From a virus (Duplodnaviria; Caudoviricetes), in IMG/VR virus record IMGVR_UViG_3300021968_000069, positions 7,679-71,678 of that record: a stretch of DNA of 64,000 nucleotides; one strand, written 5' to 3'. A model generated the notes under the pieces. It was given only the letters and a program-made list of their open reading frames with translations. It was not told where the DNA came from and made no database searches. Positions 18,554 through 27,500 of the stretch are shown piece after piece. The stretch's first letter is position 1. Every line of letters starts with the position of its first letter. A program made the position numbers and the translations under genes.

Positions 18554-18573
18554 AAGTTTTTAAGTTTTTAAAT

Positions 18574-18600
18574 AAGCGGGACCCGAACCAAGTCCCGCTT
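18574..18600 (-). terminator. Hairpin AAGCGGGAC-N9-GTCCCGCTT
   Basis: Perfect 9-bp stem followed by ATTT. Confidence 0.55.
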
Positions 18601-18670
18601 TACAAGCCACCATCCCTCTTCCACCAAAGAGGCTCTTTATATTTTTATTCGAAACAACTTTTTAAAGTAC

Positions 18671-18692
18671 CCATCCTGTAGAAACAGGATGG
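18671..18692 (-). terminator. Hairpin CCATCCTGT-TTCT-ACAGGATGG
   Basis: Perfect 9-bp stem; member of the CTGT-N4-ACAG family. Confidence 0.5.
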
Positions 18693-18921
18693 CGTTTTAT
18701 CCACTTTATTTTTGGACTGGATGATCATGATCCGCTGTAAATACAGCAGTGTTATGATGAACCATTAACCAACTTTCAACTTAAAACAGAGTTTAAGAAC
18801 AGCGGCCGGAAAATCGGCAAGACCAACCGGACCGCTGTAAGCCTGCGTCATTCATTTGAAGTATTCTTTTAACCATACTTTATCCGAGATGATCACAAGC
18901 TGTTAGTTGCTACTATTCAGA

Positions 18922-18936
18922 ATATTTTAAAGAACT
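18922..18936 (-). promoter_or_regulatory. boxA-like motif AGTTCTTTAAAATAT
   Basis: 14/15 identical to 9661-9675. Confidence 0.4.
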
Positions 18937-19114
18937 ATTTTTTTATTATTATATCATCATCCATCCAATACATCATATCTGTATCATCCCACTTTTTTAT
19001 TTTCTCCTCTTTATTCCTGTGTTGCTTTATTATTACAAGCATTGCAAGAGTTACAAGAAATGCCATTCCAAAAAGTGAAATCAAAATGAACTGAGTTAGT
19101 GTGATGGTTATCAT
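18935..19114 (-). CDS. 59-aa single-TM protein
   Basis: Read by hand: MITITLTQFILISLFGMAFLVTLAMLVIIKQHRNK... Confidence 0.55.
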   Translation of the reverse strand: MITITLTQFILISLFGMAFLVTLAMLVIIKQHRNKEEKIKKWDDTDMMYWMDDDIIIKK

Positions 19115-19119
19115 TGGAT

Positions 19120-19260
19120 CTAATTTTTGAGTGCTATAAAGTTTTCATACTTCGCAATTGCTTTTTTCATCTGGTCCCATGTAAAGAACTTCTCACCGTT
19201 TGCCATTGCCCATTGTTTGATGGGAGCCAGGTATGCGATTGCTGAATAAGTTATGTTCAT
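19120..19260 (-). CDS. 46-aa hypothetical protein
   Basis: Read by hand; ATGA overlap with the upstream gene. Confidence 0.55.
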   Translation of the reverse strand: MNITYSAIAYLAPIKQWAMANGEKFFTWDQMKKAIAKYENFIALKN

Positions 19261-19460
19261 GCTGCTCTTAATTTTTTTCTGTATAGATCTTTACGCTCTG
19301 CTTTTTGAGCATTTCTTTTTTTCCCAGCTGGGCTGTCAACTTTCTGTTCCAGCCCGGCCAGGAAGTCCCTGATCTCTTTAACCGGGACCATATCTGAGGC
19401 TAAGGTGTTTCCAAGGCACCGCAGCTTCTTAATGTCGTTATCTGAAAAATCTACTAACAT
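19257..19460 (-). CDS. Small hypothetical early protein
   Basis: ORF track. Confidence 0.6.
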   Translation of the reverse strand: MLVDFSDNDIKKLRCLGNTLASDMVPVKEIRDFLAGLEQKVDSPAGKKRNAQKAERKDLYRKKLRAA

Positions 19461-19524
19461 GTATTGTATTATTACATTTTGTAAAATTCCACTAATCGGG
19501 TATTGACATCGGATATTTACGATA

Positions 19525-19767
19525 CTATCTTTGCTCCTCTTTACTTATCGACTCATCTTCAGTATCCTTCTCCAATAGATCCTCTGGTTCTTTACCCAAA
19601 TGAGTAGCTACCAATGTCACTATGCTATACTGATTAAGACCGGCACCATTGCGCTCCAATGTTTTTGGAAGAGAAATGGGTTTAATGTTTAAAGCATCAG
19701 CCACGAGTCCGAAAAGGGTAGAATCTGCATTTATCTGGTCGAGTATCTCTTGTTTAAACTTTGCCAT
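19525..19767 (-). CDS. Cro-like transcriptional regulator
   Basis: Small HTH-like protein divergent from the repressor. Confidence 0.6.
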   Translation of the reverse strand: MAKFKQEILDQINADSTLFGLVADALNIKPISLPKTLERNGAGLNQYSIVTLVATHLGKEPEDLLEKDTEDESISKEEQR

Positions 19768-19815
19768 ATCCTTGTGAATTCGTTATTTTTAAAGTGTCTT
19801 GACGTATTGACAAGA

Positions 19816-19848
19816 CAAATGTATGGATATTTGTATGGTGATTCCAAA
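19816..19848 (-). promoter_or_regulatory. Early leftward sigmaA-type promoter
   Basis: TTTG-N21-TACATTTG fits the Bacteroides -33/-7 consensus; flanked by inverted repeats TGTCTTG-N9-CAAGACA and TGGTGA-N11-TCACCA (candidate operators). Confidence 0.7.
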
Positions 19849-19880
19849 TATTTCACCACATTTTTTTAAAGAATTTTTTT

Positions 19881-20474
19881 GTGAGTATGTATCAGATTGA
19901 TTGGCAAAAGGTTGGTGAGAGGCTACAAGAATTACAGAAAGCCCTTAATATTAAATCAAGCAGACAATTTGCACTTGCTCTTGATATAAATGGGAAGACT
20001 GGAGATCCAAGTTATATGGCGAAAGCGGAGAAAGGATCTACTCTAAGTGATTCCTACATTACAGCCATTGAAACAAAATTTAATGTTAACGCGGATTGGC
20101 TAAAAACAGGACATGGTGAAATGTTTGGTAAATCACCAAAAAAAGTTCCACATGGAACAAGTAGGGTGAATGAGGACCAGGCAGACTATGCGTGGAAGGA
20201 TAAATACATAGCCGTTATTGAAAAAGAAAAAGAAAGACTTGAAAAGGAAAATGAACGGCTAGAAAATAACCTGGAACTCAGCTTAGGTGAGTTAAGGCAT
20301 AACATTTTGCTTTCAAGAGCAATAGCGGAGACAACTCAGGAGCTGATCGTGGAATACCTGGAGAAAGGAAATAAGAAGAAGATCGTTGAGTTAATCGATA
20401 CCGTAGGCACAAAGAACCTCGAGAGATATCAGAAACTGAAAGAAGAGGGCAATTTTGCTTACGTGGGCAAGTAG
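19881..20474 (+). CDS. CI-like XRE repressor (no S24 peptidase domain; coiled-coil C-terminus)
   Basis: GERLQELQKAL...RQFALAL...FNVNADWLKTGHGEMF. Confidence 0.8.
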   Translation: MSMYQIDWQKVGERLQELQKALNIKSSRQFALALDINGKTGDPSYMAKAEKGSTLSDSYITAIETKFNVNADWLKTGHGEMFGKSPKKVPHGTSRVNEDQADYAWKDKYIAVIEKEKERLEKENERLENNLELSLGELRHNILLSRAIAETTQELIVEYLEKGNKKKIVELIDTVGTKNLERYQKLKEEGNFAYVGK

Positions 20475-20658
20475 TGCATGGTGAAGTTTTGGGTGGTGTG
20501 TTCGTTGTCATTTTTCGTGCTTTACAGTGTTATTGAGCTTAGTTTAAATCCGAATCTAATGGTGTAATGAAGATAAAGGAATTGGAAAGTGTATTCCAAA
20601 AATATTAGTAGAAAAATTTGTTAACAGCGATAGAATATTAATAACCAAAATATTATCT

Positions 20659-21081
20659 ATGTCTTGGTCTCCAGTTTTAATGCTTGCATTTATTCTCCTT
20701 TTAATTTCAGGTTGTACCGACCAGAAGAAATACAACTTGAAGATCTATTCAAAGCATACTGATACCAAAGAAGAAAAAGAGGAGATAAGAAAGCTGACAT
20801 CAATTAATGATTCTTCAGCATACAAAAGAGCATGTGAAGAATACTGGATATTAAAGTCAGCTAAGATGACGGTTTATAAAAAGACTGAATTCCCGGATTA
20901 CATACCATTCTATTTTTCGCTTGAAAGAGATAATGGATCTAGTGTTAGCTATTCAAAAGAAGAAGCTGAAAGACTGACGCAGGAGATCGTTGATTATTTT
21001 AAGAATAAAGTAATGCCTGGCATCGATACAATTACTCCTTATTCAAAATTACCAAAATCAGAACCGCCAAAAATTTATTGA
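20659..21081 (+). CDS. Lipoprotein
   Basis: Hydrophobic leader ending LISG-C. Confidence 0.7.
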   Translation: MSWSPVLMLAFILLLISGCTDQKKYNLKIYSKHTDTKEEKEEIRKLTSINDSSAYKRACEEYWILKSAKMTVYKKTEFPDYIPFYFSLERDNGSSVSYSKEEAERLTQEIVDYFKNKVMPGIDTITPYSKLPKSEPPKIY

Positions 21082-21476
21082 TTATGAGAACTGCTTTACT
21101 AATACTCATAATATTCTGTTCTTGCTCCCAGAATCAAAATCAGCAAAGCAATAATGATATTCTCATTAACAAAACCTGGAAAACATATTCATACACCAGC
21201 AATGGCACAGCTGATCCGGTGGTCGTTGCCTCACAACCTACATTTCAATTCAGGTCCGACAATAAAATGTATTTCTCACAGATCAATCCTGTATATCGGG
21301 ATACTCTCAATTTTGTTTTTATAAATGATAACAATATCAAACTTACAAAACCGTGGGTAAGTGCAACATCACAGGGCAATTTAAAAATTGACAGGCTTAC
21401 AGAAAATGATTTTGATTTCACATTAACAGACAACCAGACTTCTGATATTGATGTTTACAAAACAACTAAGCAATAA
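21078..21476 (+). CDS. Lipoprotein, lipocalin-like
   Basis: IFCS-C lipobox; LINKTWK motif; beta-rich. Confidence 0.65.
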   Translation: MIMRTALLILIIFCSCSQNQNQQSNNDILINKTWKTYSYTSNGTADPVVVASQPTFQFRSDNKMYFSQINPVYRDTLNFVFINDNNIKLTKPWVSATSQGNLKIDRLTENDFDFTLTDNQTSDIDVYKTTKQ

Positions 21477-21790
21477 TGGCAAAGAAGTTATTCATAGCAG
21501 ATGAACGCATGCTGCAGCTAATGGAATGGGCAATCCAAAAAGGTATTGTAGAAACCGAAACAGAGTATTGGGAAAAAATAAAATTTGGAAGGACCAGCAT
21601 CAGTAATGTAAAGCAGGGCACCCAGGGATTCAGGAATTATCACATCCTGAATGCATGTAAGCTCACTGGCACCAGCGCTGATTATATTTTTGGCTTCACA
21701 AACAGCATGAGTCGAAGGCCTCCTGTGAAAGCAATTGACCTATTAAAACAAGCTGTTTCCGCTGTGGAGCATGAGATTAAGTCCAAATGA
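21476..21790 (+). CDS. XRE-like HTH protein next to attP
   Basis: RTSISNVKQG...HILNACKLTGTSADYIF. Confidence 0.65.
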   Translation: MAKKLFIADERMLQLMEWAIQKGIVETETEYWEKIKFGRTSISNVKQGTQGFRNYHILNACKLTGTSADYIFGFTNSMSRRPPVKAIDLLKQAVSAVEHEIKSK

Positions 21791-21795
21791 AAAAA

Positions 21796-21984
21796 TACAC
21801 AGCACCGTACACAAACCAACCCTATGAATACACAAAAAGCATTGAAGTACACAGTAATGACATTGATAATCAATTGTATTTATTGCTAAGGTAGAATCTC
21901 GTACGGGCTACAAGGGTTTATAAATAGTTGATTGCAAGGTCTATCCAAGGCACCAATGCTTTAACGTACACAAGTGAGTACACA
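21796..21984 (+). other. Putative intact attP
   Basis: tRNA-3'-end-like core 21894-21913; six TACACA direct repeats; IHF consensus AATCAACTATTTA (minus strand, 21921-21933). Confidence 0.7.
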
Positions 21985-21996
21985 AAAACATTGGTT

Positions 21997-23166
21997 ATGA
22001 CACTCGATCAACCTTCGAAACTTTACACAGAGCCGAAGATATCTCCGGCCGAACCTGAATCATCACACATGTCCATTAACTGGTATGTATGGTTCAGGTT
22101 TTTTGATGCTACAACCGGAAAGTGGCAGCAAATCCGCTACAAGAAAGGGATCAATGAATTCAAGAATTTCCGTGAACGGCTGGCTGAAGCCAATGCGCTG
22201 AAGCAGGCGCTTAAAGAAGAACTCCGTGATGGATGGAACCCACTTGTAAAGGACCGGTTACTTTCAATAAAGATCTACTCGATAGAAGATGCATTCAAAC
22301 ATATGATTGGTATAAAGGAGATGACGCTTAAAATTAAAACAAAATATGCCTACCGGTATATTACAAACCTTTTTTTAGAATGGCTGCGGTCAAAGGGGCT
22401 TAATGGACTTGCTATAAAAAGATTTACTCCGGGCCAGGCACAGGAATATATGGACTGGATGCTTATGAAAAAAAAGTATAGCGGCCGGACCTTCAATGAT
22501 CACCTGATCGTGCTACGTACATTTTTTAATTGCTTTATAGAACGTGACTGGATCCAGAAGAATGTTTTCCGATCGGTGAAAAGAAAAACGCAGGTGGTTG
22601 GAAGAAACCTTGCTTATACCGATAATGAAAAGAAGTTGCTGGAGCAAGAACTTTATAATAATGACAGGAGACTATATTTTTTTACCCAGATCATGTTTCA
22701 TTGCTTTATAAGACGAACAGAGAATGTTTCCTTGAAAATAAAACATATCGATCTATTAAATAGAACAATCGTAATACCTGGTGGGAATGCAAAAAACAAT
22801 CACCAGGAGAGTGTTGTTATCCCGGAAGGGTTGATACAGGTCTTAAAAGAAATGGAGCTGCATAGATATAACTCTGAAGATTATTTGTTCGGAAGAAAAT
22901 TATTAACGGGACCCATTCAATATAAAAATCCTGACTGGATCACTACAAGACATAAAAAATTTATTACCAAGTTGAATATAAAAGGAGAGAAGAACCTGTA
23001 CAGCTGGAAACATACCGGTGTCTGTGCTTATTACTATGCTACTGGAAAAGATCTCTTTTCTTTAATGCGGCAGCTGAGGCACCGGAATATATCTACAACG
23101 CAAATTTATTTGAAATCAATGGGCCTTATACAAAATGAAGCATTCAGAAATGCAATGGTTGCCTAA
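21997..23166 (+). CDS. int: Tyrosine recombinase / integrase
   Basis: CFIRRTE (R), AKN (K), YSWKHTG, QLRHRNISTTQIY (H, Y); start moved to MTLDQP, outside attP. Confidence 0.92.
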   Translation: MTLDQPSKLYTEPKISPAEPESSHMSINWYVWFRFFDATTGKWQQIRYKKGINEFKNFRERLAEANALKQALKEELRDGWNPLVKDRLLSIKIYSIEDAFKHMIGIKEMTLKIKTKYAYRYITNLFLEWLRSKGLNGLAIKRFTPGQAQEYMDWMLMKKKYSGRTFNDHLIVLRTFFNCFIERDWIQKNVFRSVKRKTQVVGRNLAYTDNEKKLLEQELYNNDRRLYFFTQIMFHCFIRRTENVSLKIKHIDLLNRTIVIPGGNAKNNHQESVVIPEGLIQVLKEMELHRYNSEDYLFGRKLLTGPIQYKNPDWITTRHKKFITKLNIKGEKNLYSWKHTGVCAYYYATGKDLFSLMRQLRHRNISTTQIYLKSMGLIQNEAFRNAMVA

Positions 23167-23885
23167 ATTTTTTTTTCACACGGATGGGCATCCGGAAGAA
23201 TCTCATTCAAAAATTCAATCATTGGTTCATTCATTGCATCATCGCTAGTGGAAAAGTATTTACAACCAATCAACTGTCTTCGAATCGCTGCTATTGTTTT
23301 TGAGTGATGAAATTTTTTCTCCCGCTCAGTTGGTTCACCTTCTATTCGAAGGGTATTAGCATACAATGATTTTGAAATAAATGATTTTGGCCGATCCCAA
23401 TCATATAATGCCATTACTTCGATATACTTCTGCTTATCATAAAGGATCGGGAAGTGTACATTGAAAAACTTTGTTGGTAGTTGCTTTTCCAGTAACGCAT
23501 CGTTTGTTACGGTTACATATGCCCTATACTTACTATCGTGAGCCAACCACTGTAAGGGTTCTTTAAAAGTTCCATAGCAATAAAACGGAAGCTCAGCAGC
23601 ATTATAATCGTGCAGCAAAATATAATCATCACTGGCGCATATGAAAGGATCACTTACTTCCGGCTGCCGGCAGGCTGCCAGGATCTTTTCATAAATATTC
23701 CGTGCCTGGTTAAAGCCGTGAATGTTCCCCATTGGAATAATGGTTACATCTTTGAAGATGCCGGGATCATCACCTACGATAAAAACTTTACCAATTCCTG
23801 AAACATGTTTTTGAAAGGATCGGAGTGAATAGCGGATCTCGTTTGTATTACTGCCGGCAGTGTATAAATAAACAAGATCGATCAT
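23163..23885 (-). CDS. Stealth-like hexose-phosphotransferase
   Basis: IDLVY, EIRYSLRS, SDDY, HFPILYDK, FSTSDD correspond to Stealth conserved regions. Confidence 0.7.
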   Translation of the reverse strand: MIDLVYLYTAGSNTNEIRYSLRSFQKHVSGIGKVFIVGDDPGIFKDVTIIPMGNIHGFNQARNIYEKILAACRQPEVSDPFICASDDYILLHDYNAAELPFYCYGTFKEPLQWLAHDSKYRAYVTVTNDALLEKQLPTKFFNVHFPILYDKQKYIEVMALYDWDRPKSFISKSLYANTLRIEGEPTEREKKFHHSKTIAAIRRQLIGCKYFSTSDDAMNEPMIEFLNEILPDAHPCEKKI

Positions 23886-24433
23886 ATAATGCCGAGGAGT
23901 TCTTTGCGGTTATTATTGAATTGATCCCAGCTCATATTAGTAATGAAGCCGGGTTCTATTTTTTTATCTTTGTATTTAATAACACCACAACCACAGTCAA
24001 AATCTTTACAGTAGGAAAGAACATCTGGATACTTTATTCTGAAACCTACAAATGCCCTCCATACGTCGCCGTACCAGATCTTGTGTTGGCGGGGCACCAG
24101 TTGATCCTTTTCGGTTGGTGGATTACAATCATGTAGAACAATAAACCCTTTAGGATTCAAAACCCGCATGCTGTTAATGATATCTTTCTCCACCTGTTTT
24201 GCTGTGTGATCTCCATCGATGAATATGATATCAAACTTCCTATTGTCCCAGTCAAAAAAAACATCTGATGTGCATTGATGTGTAGCCTCTGCCTTTGGAT
24301 CCGGATCCACACTTACTTTTACTTTTGCTTCTATCTTATTAAAGTTGTTTGCCGCTTTTTGCATACCGATCTCCAGGTAAGAATTAAGGCCATGAGTATT
24401 AATAAGCATGTTGATCAACTCAGTCCTTGTCAT
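23882..24433 (-). CDS. Class I SAM methyltransferase (Methyltransf_24-like)
   Basis: YLEIG, FDIIFIDGDH, GFIVLHDC. Confidence 0.85.
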   Translation of the reverse strand: MTRTELINMLINTHGLNSYLEIGMQKAANNFNKIEAKVKVSVDPDPKAEATHQCTSDVFFDWDNRKFDIIFIDGDHTAKQVEKDIINSMRVLNPKGFIVLHDCNPPTEKDQLVPRQHKIWYGDVWRAFVGFRIKYPDVLSYCKDFDCGCGVIKYKDKKIEPGFITNMSWDQFNNNRKELLGII

Positions 24434-25080
24434 ATTGTTTCTGGTTTTCTGTTATGTATATGTGGAATATGAATGAATTCATTATTATTCCTGTAATCCC
24501 AATCGATCACATGAAATGATGGCTGGCGCCATGCTGCATAAGCAAAAGCGATCTGGTCACGGCTGCTGTATAATTGGACTTGCTGGTACCATAAATCACA
24601 GAGATCGATCGCCTGCTGATTCATTTTACGCATCAACACTCCGGATGCAATAAGGCCATTGTGTTTTGGTAAACCACTTTGCCTGTAATTGAAGACTTGC
24701 TTTCTTAATAATATCTCAGAATCTTTTCCACGATTAGCACAAATCCTTGCTTCCTGGTATGCACAGTTGCGAACCGGGTGGCCCACACAGGTCATTGGCT
24801 CTTTGAACCGTGTCCACCATTCATTAAGATCTGTATTGATAACAAAGCTGGCATCGATCCACATACTAAACTCCGTATCGATATACCGATGGAACATGAT
24901 CTTATAAAAGCGGGCTGTCCTTGCTGCACCTTCCGGTTTCATTTCGCGATGTTCTATCTTCCAGACTTTACTTTTTAATGGCTGATCGGTAAAGCATATA
25001 TACTGCCACCCGGGAGTAATAACCTTTGGTTCTTTGAGGTCATCGTAAGGACCGAATATGGCTGTGAAGATGGTTTTCAT
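24430..25080 (-). CDS. DUF616 / TOD1-MUCI70-like glycosyltransferase
   Basis: FTAIFGPYDDLKEP, WIDAS, SRDQIAF. Confidence 0.8.
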   Translation of the reverse strand: MKTIFTAIFGPYDDLKEPKVITPGWQYICFTDQPLKSKVWKIEHREMKPEGAARTARFYKIMFHRYIDTEFSMWIDASFVINTDLNEWWTRFKEPMTCVGHPVRNCAYQEARICANRGKDSEILLRKQVFNYRQSGLPKHNGLIASGVLMRKMNQQAIDLCDLWYQQVQLYSSRDQIAFAYAAWRQPSFHVIDWDYRNNNEFIHIPHIHNRKPETI

Positions 25081-25976
25081 GCTGCTTTCTTTTTTCTGTT
25101 ACGAGCAGCAATGCCAATATTTAATCTTCCTATCTCGGATTTTGGTTTTGAATTACCAATACCAATTAATCGTTTTGTTTCTTCGCTGTGTTGAACTCCG
25201 GTTTGTACTATAGAAATATTTTTATTCCTGGCTTTCCACATTTCTTCTGCCTTCTCAATACCGTGTTTTTGTACCCAAATATCTTTTGTACTCTTGCCGG
25301 CCATAGGGTTTGGCTTACCATACATACCATTATTCATTCCAGATGTAGCACATGAAAGACAAATGTTTTTCCCAATACCGCACATTGCCTTTGATTTCCC
25401 TCTTTTATTAAAAGGGTATCTTATTTTTATGGAGCAACCAGTATTTTGATTTGGGTTTGCACAATTGAACTCATAATATTTTGTGCCATCAAGTTCTACA
25501 ACGGTTATACCATCCGGCAATGGCTTATATCGTGGATTGTTTTCACCGGAAACATCTGCATGATTTTTACTGACCTTGCTCTTAATAATTTTAGCGATCT
25601 CCGGGCCATAAGTATTTTCAATTTTCCCAGACGAACGACCTCTACCACCTGAATGTATATTTGTTAAGCTTTCGTTTTTGTATTCAGATATGAAGTACTG
25701 TTCTTTTTCATAAGCAACAGATTCATCATTTGTATTGTATAGGATAACATATCCAATTGCCAACCCTGAGCTAATAATCAATTTGATTGTATTGGTCAAA
25801 TGCTTATTCCCAACGTATTTATTATTGTTTATAACCTTTCGCTCATGCTCAAATAACCTTTTGCCACATCCCTTGCCTATATAGAACATTTTTCCTGTAA
25901 TTGGATTTACTAATCCATAAACATAAAAAGCTCTATTAATAGAAGTCAAAGCTTCTTCAGCCGTTAACCAGGTCAT
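25077..25976 (-). CDS. GIY-YIG (LEM-3-like) homing endonuclease with NUMOD3-like tail
   Basis: FYVYGLVNP...FYIGKG...R..H; HSEETKRLIG. Confidence 0.8.
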   Translation of the reverse strand: MTWLTAEEALTSINRAFYVYGLVNPITGKMFYIGKGCGKRLFEHERKVINNNKYVGNKHLTNTIKLIISSGLAIGYVILYNTNDESVAYEKEQYFISEYKNESLTNIHSGGRGRSSGKIENTYGPEIAKIIKSKVSKNHADVSGENNPRYKPLPDGITVVELDGTKYYEFNCANPNQNTGCSIKIRYPFNKRGKSKAMCGIGKNICLSCATSGMNNGMYGKPNPMAGKSTKDIWVQKHGIEKAEEMWKARNKNISIVQTGVQHSEETKRLIGIGNSKPKSEIGRLNIGIAARNRKKKAA

Positions 25977-26958
25977 TTTGAAATTTTGATTTTAATAACT
26001 TATATCTCTGAGAAACCATTTCCGTCAATAGCTTTTGAAAACTCCAATCTGGTGTCCATCCAAGTGTTCTTTTTATTTTTGTGGAATCCCCCCTTAGGTA
26101 TTCCAATTCTTGGGGCCTTAAAAAACTTGTATTCTGTACAACATAGTCACGGTAGTCCAAACCCAATTCATCAAAGACCAATTCACACCATTGCCTTACA
26201 GAATGTGTTTCTCCGGTAGCAACTACGAAATCATCGGCCACATAATGATTAATGATTAAATGCATCGCCTTTACATAATCTCCAGAAAAGCCCCAGTCAC
26301 GAAATGAGTCGAGATTTCCAAGCTCAAGAACATCGCATAACCCAAGTTTTATTTTAATGGCACCATCTACAATTTTTGTAGTAACAAAATTGCTGCCTCT
26401 TCTCAGTGGGCTTTCATGATTAAAAAGAATACCGTTGCAAGCGTGAAGATTAAATGCATTACGATAATGCCGAACAATATTATAACCGAAAACTTTTGAA
26501 CATCCGTAAGGGCTCACCGGGTTCATTGGAGTCAATTCCCGTTGATAGCCATCAGCATCAACGCTACTTCCAAACATCTCTGAAGATGATGCTTGATAAA
26601 ATTTTGCTTTTGGACAAATCTTTCTATAAGCCTCCAGCATATTAAGAACACCGATCGCATTTACCTGGGCGGTGAATTGGGGGATTTCACTCGAGATCCT
26701 CACATGCGACATCGCTGCAAGATTATATATTTCATCAGGCATTACTTCAGTCATCACTTTTTCAATGGATCCGGCATCGGTTACATCGCCATAATATGTA
26801 GTTATTTTCTTACTTAAATGAGCAATCCTGCTTTCCTGGTGTTCGCTCACGCTATTACGCCTGATAACTCCAGATACCAAATAGCCTAATGATAAAAGGT
26901 GCTCTGATAGATAAGCTCCATCCTGTCCTGAAATTCCTGTGATTAAAGCGTGTTTCAT
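25957..26958 (-). CDS. gmd: GDP-mannose 4,6-dehydratase
   Basis: ALITGISGQDGAYL, YNLAAMSHV, YQASSSEMFG, SPYGCSK, GILFNHES, RDWG. Confidence 0.95.
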   Translation of the reverse strand: MKHALITGISGQDGAYLSEHLLSLGYLVSGVIRRNSVSEHQESRIAHLSKKITTYYGDVTDAGSIEKVMTEVMPDEIYNLAAMSHVRISSEIPQFTAQVNAIGVLNMLEAYRKICPKAKFYQASSSEMFGSSVDADGYQRELTPMNPVSPYGCSKVFGYNIVRHYRNAFNLHACNGILFNHESPLRRGSNFVTTKIVDGAIKIKLGLCDVLELGNLDSFRDWGFSGDYVKAMHLIINHYVADDFVVATGETHSVRQWCELVFDELGLDYRDYVVQNTSFLRPQELEYLRGDSTKIKRTLGWTPDWSFQKLLTEMVSQRYKLLKSKFQNDLVNG

Positions 26959-27500
26959 AATATAGCTACAAAGTTTTTAGGCTTACTGTTTAATGTGATC
27001 AATTCTTTTGGTTGTAAATATTTGATCGTTGCAATTACCATTTCATCATCCCAATCCTCGAACTGGATATATTTTATGTTGCGGATCATATCGCCACAGC
27101 CTTTTATAACATTCAGGTCGTAACCCTCAGTATCTATTTTTAAGAGATCGATCCGGGTTATGTTTTTATCTCTACAGTAATTTTCCACCGTATCGATGTT
27201 GATCGTGATTTCGTGGTGATCGGTACATTTTGGATCATCCCTTAAAAGGATGGACCCGTATGCAGGATGAAAGACTGAACTTGTTTTCTGATCACCGAGA
27301 CCGATATTATTAAAGTGAATTTTTGGCTTCCCTGATATTTTTTCAATCAGGCTGTTTCTTTGTACTGGGTCAAATAAATGCACTTCGATCCCGGGCTTTA
27401 ATTCATCGAAAACATTATCGTCCCTGCAGCCGACATCAAACACCACATTCAGCTTGTGAATGATGGATTGATAAAACGATATTTCTTCTTCACTGATCAT
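26955..27500 (-). CDS. FkbM-family methyltransferase
   Basis: VFDVG, LFDP, LLKIDTEGYD. Confidence 0.85.
   Translation of the reverse strand: MISEEEISFYQSIIHKLNVVFDVGCRDDNVFDELKPGIEVHLFDPVQRNSLIEKISGKPKIHFNNIGLGDQKTSSVFHPAYGSILLRDDPKCTDHHEITINIDTVENYCRDKNITRIDLLKIDTEGYDLNVIKGCGDMIRNIKYIQFEDWDDEMVIATIKYLQPKELITLNSKPKNFVAIL

Noticed and set aside
23555-23567. Third boxA-like GTTCTTTAAAA
   Set aside because: Lies inside a CDS on the antisense strand; expected by chance in AT-rich DNA
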